This document shows positions 16,575-26,455 of a stretch of 32,000 bases of DNA, one piece after another. How positions within the stretch are numbered: position 1 is the stretch's first letter; each line of letters starts with the position of its first letter. The stretch comes from Candidatus Altimarinota bacterium (GTDB lineage: Bacteria > Patescibacteriota > Gracilibacteria > UBA1369), in NCBI GenBank assembly GCA_041659405.1, contig JBAZYK010000003.1, positions 127,651 to 159,650 on the forward strand. The letters are read 5' to 3'. The translations under genes and the position numbers were made by a program. The notes under the pieces were generated by a model, which was not told where the DNA came from, searched no databases, and saw nothing but the letters and a program-made list of their open reading frames with translations.

Positions 16575-19500
16575 AGCTACACCCACTGGTTTCTCCACAA
16601 TCCACGCATTTATAACAACTCCCATTACGCACCATCACCGCGCCGCAAGCTGTACAAATAGCCGCATCTTCGTTGTTTAAGGACAGTGCTTTATCCTTTT
16701 GCATCTTGGCAAATTCTTCACGACTCATGGCGTTGACAGCAGCTTCACGCGCGCCAACCTTTTCCATTTCTTTCACGGAAATTTTCTCGATTTCCACGTT
16801 TTTTGCTGATTGATGAGTTCGTTCCTTCATAATTGAAGCCGTTACATCCTCAAACTTTGCCGCCCGATTCAATCCCCGAATTTGACCATCTGAATCGACA
16901 CTTCCGTCCGCAGCCTCCACCATTTCCAACGGCAACTTAGGCAAAAACAGGCTTGTTCCCTCGTTATAAGCACGATCCACCAAATCTTCATTGTGATATT
17001 TTTTAACCACATCACGAGGCAAAAATTTCAATCCCAGCCAGCGACCGATATAATCCACAATTGATTTAACCATTGGGATATCACGATTTCCGGTCATGCC
17101 GGCCGGTTCAAATCTGGAATGGCAGAACTTGCTGACCAAAACTTCCAAAGGCACGCCATATTGCAGATTCAACGAAATAGTCAAAGCCAGCGCATCCATA
17201 ATTCCGGATAGTGTAGAGCCTTCCTTGCTCATCTTGATAAAGATTTCGCCCGGCAAACCGTCCTCGTACAAGCCAACCGTAATGTAACCTTCATGTCCGG
17301 AGATCGAAAATTTATGAGTAATACTGTGACGTTCCGATGGCAATTTGCGACGGAAAGGTTTTTGCACAATTTTCTCGATCACCTGCTGAACCTGCTGCGG
17401 ACCAACCGCTTCACTCATATCTTCCACATTTTCAAAATTGAAAAGCTCGGCAAAATTTCCCTGAGTACTGCCGGTATTTAATGGCTGACTCAATTTAGAT
17501 CCATCGCGATATAAAGCATTACACTTCAACATCAACGCCCAACTTTCCATATAAGCTTTTTGGATGTCGGAAACCGTGCATTCCTCCGGCATATTTACCG
17601 TCTTGGAAATCGAACCGGAAATAAAAGGCTGAGCCGCCGCCATCATGTGCAAATGGCCTGTGTAAGGGATATAACGCTTGCCCTTCTTTCCACATTTATT
17701 GGCGCAATCAAAAACCGCGTAATGTTCTTTTTTAAGATGAGGAGCTTCCTCAATCGTCATGGTTCCACAAACATATTCGTTAGCTTCGGCAATTTGCTCC
17801 TTGCTAAAGCCAAGCGCGAGCAACATATCAAACTCAAAATCATTCAATTCCACATCGGTTAATCCCAAAACTTTTCGGCAGAATTCTTCACCCAAAGAAA
17901 ATTTATTAAACGCGAATTTTAGTTCAAAGACGCCGGTTAATTGAGTTTCAATCGCCAAAATTTCTTTATCGGTGAATCCCTTCTTTTTTAAGGATCCCGG
18001 ATTTATATGAGGACAATCCCCTAAAGTCGCATGACCCTTCACATAATTTTCAATATCCAAAATTTGCGCGCTGGAATAACCCAAAGTTTCCAAAGCCGGT
18101 TTTAAAGATTGATTTACGATCTTAAAATAACCACCACCAACCAGTTTCTTAAATTTAATCAAAGCAAAATCAGGTTCAATGCCGGTGGTATCGCAGTCCA
18201 TTACAAGCCCGATTGTCCCTGTCGGAGCAACCACCGTCACCTGCGCATTACGATAACCAAACTGTTCACCCCAATTTAAAGCACGATCCCAAACTTCACG
18301 CGCGGACTCCAAAAGATAATCGGGACAATACGCCGGATTGATCCCCTGTGGCGCAACACTCAAATTTTCATATTCATTTTTAGCTGCATTATAAGCCGCA
18401 CGGCGATGATTGCGGATGACCTTCAACATGTGTTTTTTATTCTTTTCATACTTATTAAAAGGCTTTAGCACCTTGGCCATTTCCGCCGAAGTCGCATAGG
18501 ATTCACCGCACATAATAGCCGTAATCGCCCCGGTAATAGCGTAAGCTTCTTCCGAAGTATAAGGAAAACCCATCTGCATCAGCATAGTGCCAATGTTGGC
18601 ATAGCCAAGACCCAAAGTACGGAACTCATAACTCAATTCCGCAATTTCCTTGGATGGAAACTGTGCCATTAAAACCGAAACCTCCAACACAATCGTCCAC
18701 AAACGAACACTATGTCTAAAAGCCTGAATATCAAACTGTTTAGTATTTTGATTATAAAATTTAATCAGATTTAACGAAGCCAAATTGCAGGCGGTATCAT
18801 CCAAAAACATATATTCCGAGCATGGGTTACTGGCGTTAATACGGCCATCTTCCGGACAGGTATGCCACTCGTTAATAGTGGTGTCATATTGAATTCCCGG
18901 ATCGGCGCATGACCAGGCGGCATAAGCAACTTCAGCCCACAACTTGCGGGCGGAAATTGATTTATAGGTTTTACCATCTTTGCGATTTTTTAAATCCCAA
19001 AGACCATCTTTTTTCACAGCATCAATAAACTCATTCGGAACACGAATTGAATTATTGGAATTTTGGCCGCCAACAGTCAAATAAGCCTCGGAACGGAAAT
19101 CGGTATCATAACGGCGGAAACTGAATTCCTCCGGTTTCATGCCATCTTCAATCAACATCAAAACACGTTTAATGTAATTGAGTGGAACATGTTTTTTATT
19201 GGCTTCATAAATTTTTAATTTGAGCGCCGGATTTTTTTCCGGATCAAGCCCGGAGTCATGAGCGCAGTCCACAATTTTCTTGAGTTCTTCGTAACAAACG
19301 TGTGAACCTGCATGCAGTGCGGCCACTTTTTGCTCTTCTGTAACTTTCCAGTTAATAAATTCCTGAATTTCCGGATGATCCATATCCAAACACACCATTT
19401 TGGCCGCACGACGGGTTGTTCCACCGGATTTTATTGCACCGGCAGCTCTATCCAAAACAGCCAAAAAGCTCATCAAGCCGGAAGATTTACCGCCACCGGA

Positions 19501-20253
19501 AAGATTTTCATTTACACCACGCAATTTAGAAAAGTTGGTTCCCGTACCTGAGCCATATTTAAACAAACGCGCCTCGCGAACCACTAAATCAAAAATTCCA
19601 CCCTCGTTTACCAAATCATCGTTTACCGCTTGAATAAAGCACGCATGGGGCTGAGGTCTGGTATAAGCATCCTTGGATTTTGTCAGTTTTTCAGTTTCAG
19701 GATCAACATAAAAGTGCCCCTGCGCATCACCGGTAATCCCATAAGCATGAGCCAAGCCGGTGTTAAACCATTGTGGACTGTTTGGAGCACACATTTGAGC
19801 CACAATCATATGTTTCAATTCATCTTCAAAAGCCTGCGCATCATCGGCAGTTTCAAAATAATTATATTTTTCACCCCAATGACGCCAGGTTGAAGCCATT
19901 CTATTGGCAACCAATTTAATGGAAGTCTCCGCCCCCAAAACCGGTTTTCCATCTTTATCCAAAATTGCATTTCCACTTTTATCCATTTGAGGAACCCCCT
20001 TCTTACGGCAATATTTTTGCGCCAAAATGTCGGTTGCAACCTGCGACCAGAATTTTGGAACTTCCACATCCTTCATTTCAAAAACCACCGAACCGTCCGG
20101 ATTGGTAATTTTTGAAACCCGCAACTCAAAATCAAAAGCAGCAAAAGGATCCTTGCCCTTTTCAGTAAAAAAACGCTCAATTTTTAAACCTTTTCCGGTT
20201 CGATCCGCAAGCGAAGTTGAAGCGACCTTTTGGAAAGTATTTGGGACAACCAT
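16573..20253 (-). CDS. nrdJ: Class II (adenosylcobalamin-dependent) ribonucleotide reductase
   Basis: Hallmarks: N-terminus 'GLKIERFFT', 'QMCAPNSPQWFNTG', 'CFIQ', catalytic 'ASNPCSEYMFLDDTACNLASLNL', and a C-terminal Cys-rich tail 'CTACGAVMVRNGSCYKCVDCGETSGCS'. The track ORF extends to a TTG at 20394. I place the start at ATG 20253 ('MVVPNTFQKV...') because the 47 extra codons have no RNR-like sequence. Confidence 0.92.
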   Translation of the reverse strand: MVVPNTFQKVASTSLADRTGKGLKIERFFTEKGKDPFAAFDFELRVSKITNPDGSVVFEMKDVEVPKFWSQVATDILAQKYCRKKGVPQMDKSGNAILDKDGKPVLGAETSIKLVANRMASTWRHWGEKYNYFETADDAQAFEDELKHMIVAQMCAPNSPQWFNTGLAHAYGITGDAQGHFYVDPETEKLTKSKDAYTRPQPHACFIQAVNDDLVNEGGIFDLVVREARLFKYGSGTGTNFSKLRGVNENLSGGGKSSGLMSFLAVLDRAAGAIKSGGTTRRAAKMVCLDMDHPEIQEFINWKVTEEQKVAALHAGSHVCYEELKKIVDCAHDSGLDPEKNPALKLKIYEANKKHVPLNYIKRVLMLIEDGMKPEEFSFRRYDTDFRSEAYLTVGGQNSNNSIRVPNEFIDAVKKDGLWDLKNRKDGKTYKSISARKLWAEVAYAAWSCADPGIQYDTTINEWHTCPEDGRINASNPCSEYMFLDDTACNLASLNLIKFYNQNTKQFDIQAFRHSVRLWTIVLEVSVLMAQFPSKEIAELSYEFRTLGLGYANIGTMLMQMGFPYTSEEAYAITGAITAIMCGESYATSAEMAKVLKPFNKYEKNKKHMLKVIRNHRRAAYNAAKNEYENLSVAPQGINPAYCPDYLLESAREVWDRALNWGEQFGYRNAQVTVVAPTGTIGLVMDCDTTGIEPDFALIKFKKLVGGGYFKIVNQSLKPALETLGYSSAQILDIENYVKGHATLGDCPHINPGSLKKKGFTDKEILAIETQLTGVFELKFAFNKFSLGEEFCRKVLGLTDVELNDFEFDMLLALGFSKEQIAEANEYVCGTMTIEEAPHLKKEHYAVFDCANKCGKKGKRYIPYTGHLHMMAAAQPFISGSISKTVNMPEECTVSDIQKAYMESWALMLKCNALYRDGSKLSQPLNTGSTQGNFAELFNFENVEDMSEAVGPQQVQQVIEKIVQKPFRRKLPSERHSITHKFSISGHEGYITVGLYEDGLPGEIFIKMSKEGSTLSGIMDALALTISLNLQYGVPLEVLVSKFCHSRFEPAGMTGNRDIPMVKSIVDYIGRWLGLKFLPRDVVKKYHNEDLVDRAYNEGTSLFLPKLPLEMVEAADGSVDSDGQIRGLNRAAKFEDVTASIMKERTHQSAKNVEIEKISVKEMEKVGAREAAVNAMSREEFAKMQKDKALSLNNEDAAICTACGAVMVRNGSCYKCVDCGETSGCS

Positions 20254-20644
20254 AGATGGGGGGAAATTAAAGGGAGTAGATGGGGAAAAACATTTTGGGG
20301 ACTCTCTAAGTCCTTTCTTCCGTGTTGAGTCCACAAAAGTGAAGAAAGAAGCAAGCCCACCACATATAGGTGAGCCTATTAAGATAAACCACAAGATGTT
20401 GATGGACGTCCCCTAAGATAGTCTTTTGGAAACTCTGCGTCAAGGAAACTGGATTCAAAATTCTTTGCGCTACAATTCGTTTATTATGTGATATACAAAA
20501 GCCAAACGCACAGAACAAAATGGCACATCAGGCAAGGGCTCATCGATCAAAATCCTTTGCTGAAAAACACTTGAAAATGGTACCATCACCAGCCCTCTTT
20601 TTTACAAAAATTTTCCTCTGGTTTAAATTCAACGCTGACGAGCC

Positions 20645-23600
20645 CTAAAACGCAAAAACCCTCACAATAATCTTGGCTGCTTCACCGCGGGTTAGGTTAT
20701 TGTTTGGGCCAAACAGGTTTAACGGGTTCCCCTGGCCGTCGACATATCCGGAAACGATGTTTTTAAGCACTGCGGTATAAATATATTTTCCATACCACGC
20801 GCCCTTGATTGTATCCGTAAATGTTAATGCCCCATCAACAATTTGCGCTTCAAGATAATTAACCAAAAGTATCATTTTGGTGGCTTCTGCACGGGTAACA
20901 GGCTGGATCGGCTTAAAGATTGTTCCATTTTGATAACCAATCACAATATTTAAGATTTTTGCTTTGGCCACGGCAGGTGCAAACCACGAATCTTTTGGCA
21001 CATCTTTAAACGGATCATTTAGAGGATTTGGAAGTGTCGCATATTTGCACTGCATAAACATTTTTGCATATTCGGCTCTGCTGATTTGGTTGTTTGGTCG
21101 ATATTCATTAAGTAGATTTCCATCTGCGTCTTTGTATCCTTGAACATTGCATTTCTGTTGGAGTTTTTCGATATAGGTTTGTGCCCAGTGGTTTTGAGTA
21201 TCTGTGAAAAGTGCTTGTGTTGCCGGTTGAGTTTGAGGTTGTTGCGCCGGTTGTGTTGGCGGTTGCGTTGCCAGTTGTGTTGGCTCTTGCGTTTGGGTGG
21301 TTGGAGTTGTTGGTGTAGTAGTTGTTGTTGTTGTAGTCGAGCTTCCGCCGCCACCACCACCTCCGCCGCTGCTGCTGCTCTGATTAACGATTATGGTGTC
21401 TGCGGTCACTGCCGAATCTTGATATATTGTGGCATCACCGCTTGTTGTGACTGTAATGGTATATGCTCCCGTAGAGCCAATCGACCCGGATGTGACTATA
21501 TTTTGAATTGTACAGCTTTCTGCAGCCGCTGCCTGTTCACTTCCACCACTCCTGGCAAGAATAACTGTTTGTGAAGAAACTGTTGTCGTGATTGAACCAT
21601 CCATTGTTGAACAAACTCCCGCTGAAGCTGATGCAACATTAAACCCTGATCCAAATGTAATCTTGATTTTGTCGGTAGCTGCAATTGTTCCATTTGGTGT
21701 AAAGGTGGCTGTTGCCGTTGTGGATGATCCAATTCCATACGTGGATAACGACACATCTGTTGATGATAATGATGCTGCGGTTTCAACAACCGTATTATTG
21801 TCATGAACCAGGTTTGTATTGGACGCCATATCTGTCACCGCCAATGCGTCTACATCCAGCACAACCGCTCCGCCATCTCCTCCTGTTGTCCCTGAAATAG
21901 CTATTGCGGCTGCACGTTGCGCGGCGGTTAATGTGAAAGTTAGACTCGTCGCGTCCACATTGGCAGGCGCGGCTGTCAGGCTCACGACATCTGTTCCGGT
22001 TATATTATTTAGATGAAAACCACTCGCAACCGTTGCGCTTGCATCCATGATTTCACTGAAAGTTGTCACCATTACAGCCGTACCATAGTTAATTGTTGTT
22101 GAAACTACGACCGGTTTGGCCGCATCGGTAAGATTCACCGCTGTCCAGGTTTGTAACTGGTTTCCGGCTGCATCCGAAATTTCTCTGGCTCCATTATCGG
22201 TATACGCAATAGTTGGAGCTGTTGTATGGCTGGTTATGTTTGAATTTCCCAATGTTCCCAAAACCAGACGCACCGTTGAAGTATCAGGATAACTCAGGGT
22301 TCCGGAAGTCAAAACCGATCCGGTAATATCATTGGCCACATACGCAAAATCGGCAATTGTTGCCGTCTGCGTTGAAACAGGTTCCGAAAGGGTTAATGTA
22401 ACACGATCAACTCGTCCATCGTTATCTGAATCTTCATAAACTTTTGCGGAAATGGTTGGCGCGGTTGTATCAAAAGTCACCGCTGTTCTGCTAACCGCTG
22501 TTGCGGCGTTTCCCGCGTCATCGGTTGCGTTGAATGCAAATGTATAGACGGCTCCGCTAACCAATCCGCTGGAATCACTCGTACATCCGTTTGTTGTATC
22601 CGAAAGATCCAAGTTCGCATGTGCTCCGGTATTTTTCGCTGTACCGACTAACGTACAGGTATGCGGAGCGCTGCCATCTGCCGTTCCTGAAGTTTGTGAA
22701 ATTAAAATTGTTCCACTCGCGACTGCTTCGCTCAATGTATAACTCACATCGGATGAAGTGGTGACATTATTTATTGAAGTACTTGCCGTTGGGCTCACGC
22801 TGGTGAAAACGGGAATGATTGTATCGATTGTGTAATCGTTTGTGCCGGTTGCAGATGCGGTGTTTCCTCCATTATCCGTGATGGTTACGGTCACATTGTT
22901 GGTTGCATCATCCTGGCTGTCCATGGCGCCGGATAGCGATGTTGTCCAAGTATCTGATGAATTACTTCCAACCAAAGCCGTATCCCCCGCTTTAAAGTTT
23001 GCTGCGTTAAAGCTCACGGATGAAATTGTATCCGTATTATTATCGCCGGTCGCAAGTGTATCGTCCCAGGTTGGCACTGCGGTATTTCCATTTTTAAACG
23101 CTCCACCGGTTCCCGTTGCTCCAGTCACGGATATTTTTGCGGCGGAAATTGTTGGCGCAACATTGTCCACGCTGATCGCATCGGAAGCTGTTGTTGCAGT
23201 GTTCCCCGCGTTATCGGTGACGGTGATTATAAATGTCAGGGCACCGGTATCCAATGCGCCGGCGGTAACAACCGTAGATTCCGAAGTAGCCGCAAGTGTA
23301 GCCTGGCCGGTTAATGTTGTTAAATTTATTGTTGTTGTATCGGTATCGGAAGCATCAAGCGTAACTGCACTTTGTGTAACTTTATCCTGATTTGTTGAAC
23401 CGTCATTTAACGCAGCAACACTCGCCGTCCCATTATCCGTTGAAATCGTTAACGTTCCATTTGCGCTGATGATTGGCGCAACGCTATCCACAGTAGCATT
23501 TGTTGTATCAGAAGCCGTTGCTGCGTTTCCCGCATCATCGGTTGCAGTGACGGAAACGTTTCGGTTTGTTGTATCAATTGCTCCTGCAGCTATTTCATAT

Positions 23601-26455
23601 GTTGCTGTCCAGGTTCCGGATGAATTTGTCGCGGAAACCGCCGCTCCTCCACCAAATTGGGTGAAGTTAACCGTTACGGTTGAAATTGTATCTGAATTAT
23701 TTTGGCCTCCTGCCGTATTATTCCAGGTTGCCGTTACAGTATCGCCAATCTTATATGCTCCTCCAGTTCCGCCCGCGCCACTTATGGAAATATATGCGTC
23801 GGTCACCGTTGGCGCCAAAGTATCCACAGGAAAAAGAGTTGAAGTTTGTGTTGTTCCATCTACAGTGTCATCATTTGGCTTTACGCGGAAATAAACCGTT
23901 GGATCATCGGTATTTGGAATGTCGGTTGCGATGTCCCAATTGAAGGTTAAAGCTATATCACCATTAAAATCCGTATCAATATCGGAAATTAGACCGGCTA
24001 CGGAAGTTGCACCGTCGCCTTCCAGCCCTTCACTAATAGATGAAACCGTGGCGTTAACCCAATCGGAATTATTCAAAGAATATTGAACGGTTAGATTTGT
24101 TACATCGTTGTCCGCATCTGCAACGGTGGTTACAACCGCCACAGCTGTTGCTGATGTTTGACTTGGCAACGCGTCACCGGTAATAGCGCTTGCCGTTGGA
24201 GCAGTATTAGACACATTTATAAATGAAACTTTATCTACAGAAGCCGTTTCCCCAGACGCTCCCTGCGTAAAAGCCCGAACATTAAAAGTTCCGGCAGTAA
24301 GTCCGGACAAACACGGATCAGTCAAATCCCCTGCGGCACTTGCGGTAGAAATCGTATTATCACCTAAGGTAAGTACGCCTCCGGAACAATAATTCCAAGT
24401 GACACCAGCATCATCAGAAACCTGAAATTTCACCACGGCAGATCCGGTTGTTGATGTTGTAGCTGCAAATGTTGTAATTGAATTAAATGTGTGACCAACA
24501 GTAAATTTCAAATTCTCAGAAACGGTTGCGGGAGCCACTTCAGCAGCAAACTCAACAGTAGGTTCGGTTGTGGCATATGAACGAATATAAAGATCATCCA
24601 TATAACTAATACCGCCATTATAACGAGAAAACCCAACTTTCAAAGGCGTTTCCGAAAGATAAACACTATCAAAAATCAAATTGAAAATAGTTCTATCATT
24701 CGGATTACTCAGATAATATTTCGCTCCAGTGCCTTTAAGCTGTATTTTTAACCAATAAGTTGAATTACAATTGAAAGTACCACCCCCCCCTTGGCTAACC
24801 CCACCCTCATAAACCTCACGAGTTCCACTGGTGGTAGTTGCAGCACTAAAATATATGCCATGAGTAATAGCGGTATAACTCACACCACTACCATTGTTCC
24901 AGCCAATCATAGTATTGTCCAAACCAATATCGCAAGTAGGTGTGTACTTCACGCGTAACTCTTTTGTTCCCCTGGCAAAAGTACTATCAGTAAACAAAGC
25001 CGTTTCACCCCAGGCTGAAGTTCCGGCATTAATTAAAATTTGATTATTCTGTTCAATGTTAGATCCAACATCAGTCTCATCCCATTTAGCCGTATTGATT
25101 GTTAAACCTGTGAAATCATCAAAGAAGTCAAAAACATTAGCACCATTGCTCGCATCTGCAGCAGCAGCATTTCCATAGTACATATAAATAGTTGCTGTTC
25201 CAGTGGCTGCAATCGTAGGCACTTCAACCCAAAAAGTGGCACTGGTACTATCCACTTTTGTCTCCAGCCAGTGATCAATTAAAGTTTCCCCATCCGAACT
25301 TGTAAAACGGATATCATCAAAATCAGCCTGCATATCGGTATCATAAGTAACAGCAACCTCAACCTGGAAATTAGTTAATACAGAAGCAGTACTGTTGGTA
25401 ACCGTAACGGCTTTTTGCTTAGTCCAACTGGCATTATACCAATTAGAAGTTATCACTTGCGCAGTACCACCGGCATAAGTAAAAGCAGCAGCGTCACTTT
25501 CTGTATAAAAATTAGTTGAATTAAAAGTCCTGCTTGTTTTTATAACGGCATTAGCGGTCGGAGCAGCATCCTGAATAGTAAAATTGCTTTCACTTGTCAC
25601 GGCATAATTATTACCATCATTATTTGATGAAATTCTTATTTTAACTGTCGCGCAAGTCGCCCCACCACAAACAGTTGTGGCGGAAGGAACAGTCCATACA
25701 TAAGATTTAACCGCGGCAGCATCAGCAACAGAAGCTTCAGAAGCATCAATAGTTGAAGCTGTCGCAAAACCATCTGTTGAATATTCCAGCTTAACAGTTT
25801 CGCCGGCCCCACCGCCGGTACTTCCCCATTCTACGTTTTGCACAGTTCCACCCTGGACAGCGCCACCTACATTAAAAGTATATAATTCAATCGCTCGCGG
25901 AACATAAAAAGTTGAAGCTGCTGACCACGACCCCTCTCCATCGGAATTGGCAAAAAGAATATGCCAATAATAAGTTGTATTATAAGCCAATTGAGTTCCG
26001 CCATAAGAAATATCCGCACTCCTGGCCGCGTCACTTATATCAACGATATTAATTGATCCGGATTGCCAAGTGACGCCCGTAGTAAAATTACCGGTACCTC
26101 CATCAACTGTAGGATCAGCAGCAACCTCAATTTTTGCAGTTATACATTGTCCAAGTGGAGCATTACAAATTGCCGAAAAAACCGGAGAAAGACTCGTTAA
26201 ATTGGTTGGATTAACATCACCGGCCTGCGCATTTGTACTATTGGAATAAAGCGTTGTAGGCGCAGAAGGAACAACCGCACTTACCCTTTGGACAATACTT
26301 CCAAAATTTTGAAAAATAAAAAATAAAAATAAAAAAAGAACCAGTGAAGCTCGCTTCACTCGCGGTAGAAGTAGACACTTCAGGCGTGGAAGAAAACTAT
26401 TCCTTCCTATAAATTTACTTCTTTTTTTATTCTTGATTTTAAGTGAAAATTTCAT
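20645..26455 (-). CDS. Giant surface protein P2: signal anchor, FN3-like module, Ig-like, DUF2341, LamG/concanavalin-like, Ig-like array, S/G/T linker, 3 SLH domains
   Basis: 1936 aa.
- N-terminal hydrophobic anchor 'ASLVLFLFLFFIF'.
- Residues ~64-186 follow the 'P.FSA...W.SG...Y.G..L...T.YYW...' pattern.
- Residues ~339-435 match the DUF2341 pattern ('W...R..VTV......L.NFQV.V.......DF.DIRF...DG..L.HW.E.........FWVEVP........IYMYYGN').
- Residues ~440-627 are a LamG-like beta-sandwich.
- Many domains of about 100 aa end 'VD..APT'.
- Linker 'SSSSGGGGGGGGSSTTTTTTTTPTTPTTQTQ...'.
- SLH triad at nt 20648-21214. Confidence 0.85.
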   Translation of the reverse strand: MKFSLKIKNKKRSKFIGRNSFLPRLKCLLLPRVKRASLVLFLFLFFIFQNFGSIVQRVSAVVPSAPTTLYSNSTNAQAGDVNPTNLTSLSPVFSAICNAPLGQCITAKIEVAADPTVDGGTGNFTTGVTWQSGSINIVDISDAARSADISYGGTQLAYNTTYYWHILFANSDGEGSWSAASTFYVPRAIELYTFNVGGAVQGGTVQNVEWGSTGGGAGETVKLEYSTDGFATASTIDASEASVADAAAVKSYVWTVPSATTVCGGATCATVKIRISSNNDGNNYAVTSESNFTIQDAAPTANAVIKTSRTFNSTNFYTESDAAAFTYAGGTAQVITSNWYNASWTKQKAVTVTNSTASVLTNFQVEVAVTYDTDMQADFDDIRFTSSDGETLIDHWLETKVDSTSATFWVEVPTIAATGTATIYMYYGNAAAADASNGANVFDFFDDFTGLTINTAKWDETDVGSNIEQNNQILINAGTSAWGETALFTDSTFARGTKELRVKYTPTCDIGLDNTMIGWNNGSGVSYTAITHGIYFSAATTTSGTREVYEGGVSQGGGGTFNCNSTYWLKIQLKGTGAKYYLSNPNDRTIFNLIFDSVYLSETPLKVGFSRYNGGISYMDDLYIRSYATTEPTVEFAAEVAPATVSENLKFTVGHTFNSITTFAATTSTTGSAVVKFQVSDDAGVTWNYCSGGVLTLGDNTISTASAAGDLTDPCLSGLTAGTFNVRAFTQGASGETASVDKVSFINVSNTAPTASAITGDALPSQTSATAVAVVTTVADADNDVTNLTVQYSLNNSDWVNATVSSISEGLEGDGATSVAGLISDIDTDFNGDIALTFNWDIATDIPNTDDPTVYFRVKPNDDTVDGTTQTSTLFPVDTLAPTVTDAYISISGAGGTGGAYKIGDTVTATWNNTAGGQNNSDTISTVTVNFTQFGGGAAVSATNSSGTWTATYEIAAGAIDTTNRNVSVTATDDAGNAATASDTTNATVDSVAPIISANGTLTISTDNGTASVAALNDGSTNQDKVTQSAVTLDASDTDTTTINLTTLTGQATLAATSESTVVTAGALDTGALTFIITVTDNAGNTATTASDAISVDNVAPTISAAKISVTGATGTGGAFKNGNTAVPTWDDTLATGDNNTDTISSVSFNAANFKAGDTALVGSNSSDTWTTSLSGAMDSQDDATNNVTVTITDNGGNTASATGTNDYTIDTIIPVFTSVSPTASTSINNVTTSSDVSYTLSEAVASGTILISQTSGTADGSAPHTCTLVGTAKNTGAHANLDLSDTTNGCTSDSSGLVSGAVYTFAFNATDDAGNAATAVSRTAVTFDTTAPTISAKVYEDSDNDGRVDRVTLTLSEPVSTQTATIADFAYVANDITGSVLTSGTLSYPDTSTVRLVLGTLGNSNITSHTTAPTIAYTDNGAREISDAAGNQLQTWTAVNLTDAAKPVVVSTTINYGTAVMVTTFSEIMDASATVASGFHLNNITGTDVVSLTAAPANVDATSLTFTLTAAQRAAAIAISGTTGGDGGAVVLDVDALAVTDMASNTNLVHDNNTVVETAASLSSTDVSLSTYGIGSSTTATATFTPNGTIAATDKIKITFGSGFNVASASAGVCSTMDGSITTTVSSQTVILARSGGSEQAAAAESCTIQNIVTSGSIGSTGAYTITVTTSGDATIYQDSAVTADTIIVNQSSSSGGGGGGGGSSTTTTTTTTPTTPTTQTQEPTQLATQPPTQPAQQPQTQPATQALFTDTQNHWAQTYIEKLQQKCNVQGYKDADGNLLNEYRPNNQISRAEYAKMFMQCKYATLPNPLNDPFKDVPKDSWFAPAVAKAKILNIVIGYQNGTIFKPIQPVTRAEATKMILLVNYLEAQIVDGALTFTDTIKGAWYGKYIYTAVLKNIVSGYVDGQGNPLNLFGPNNNLTRGEAAKIIVRVFAF
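22454..22786 (-). repeat. 333-bp block 100% identical to 8958-9290 (inside P1)
   Basis: See the partner feature. Flanking homology at roughly 90% identity extends to about 24165 in P2 and about 10345 in P1. Confidence 0.95.

Noticed and set aside
16573-20253. An intein or split gene to explain the large size (1226 aa) of NrdJ.
   Set aside because: Conserved RNR blocks run continuously. I saw no Cys/Ser-initiated insert ending in His-Asn next to a catalytic motif. Long single-chain NrdJ forms are known.
20254-20394. 47-codon N-terminal extension of the nrdJ ORF in the six-frame track.
   Set aside because: It starts at TTG and encodes 'MWFILIGSPICGGLASFFTFVDSTRKKGL...', which bears no resemblance to RNR N-termini. 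The conserved NrdJ N-terminal sequence begins shortly after the internal ATG at 20253.
20405-20644. Cobalamin riboswitch in the nrdJ leader.
   Set aside because: I could not find a B12-box-like core (e.g. a GCCACTG-type element) on the minus strand. B12 riboswitches typically control B12-independent RNRs or transport genes, not nrdJ.
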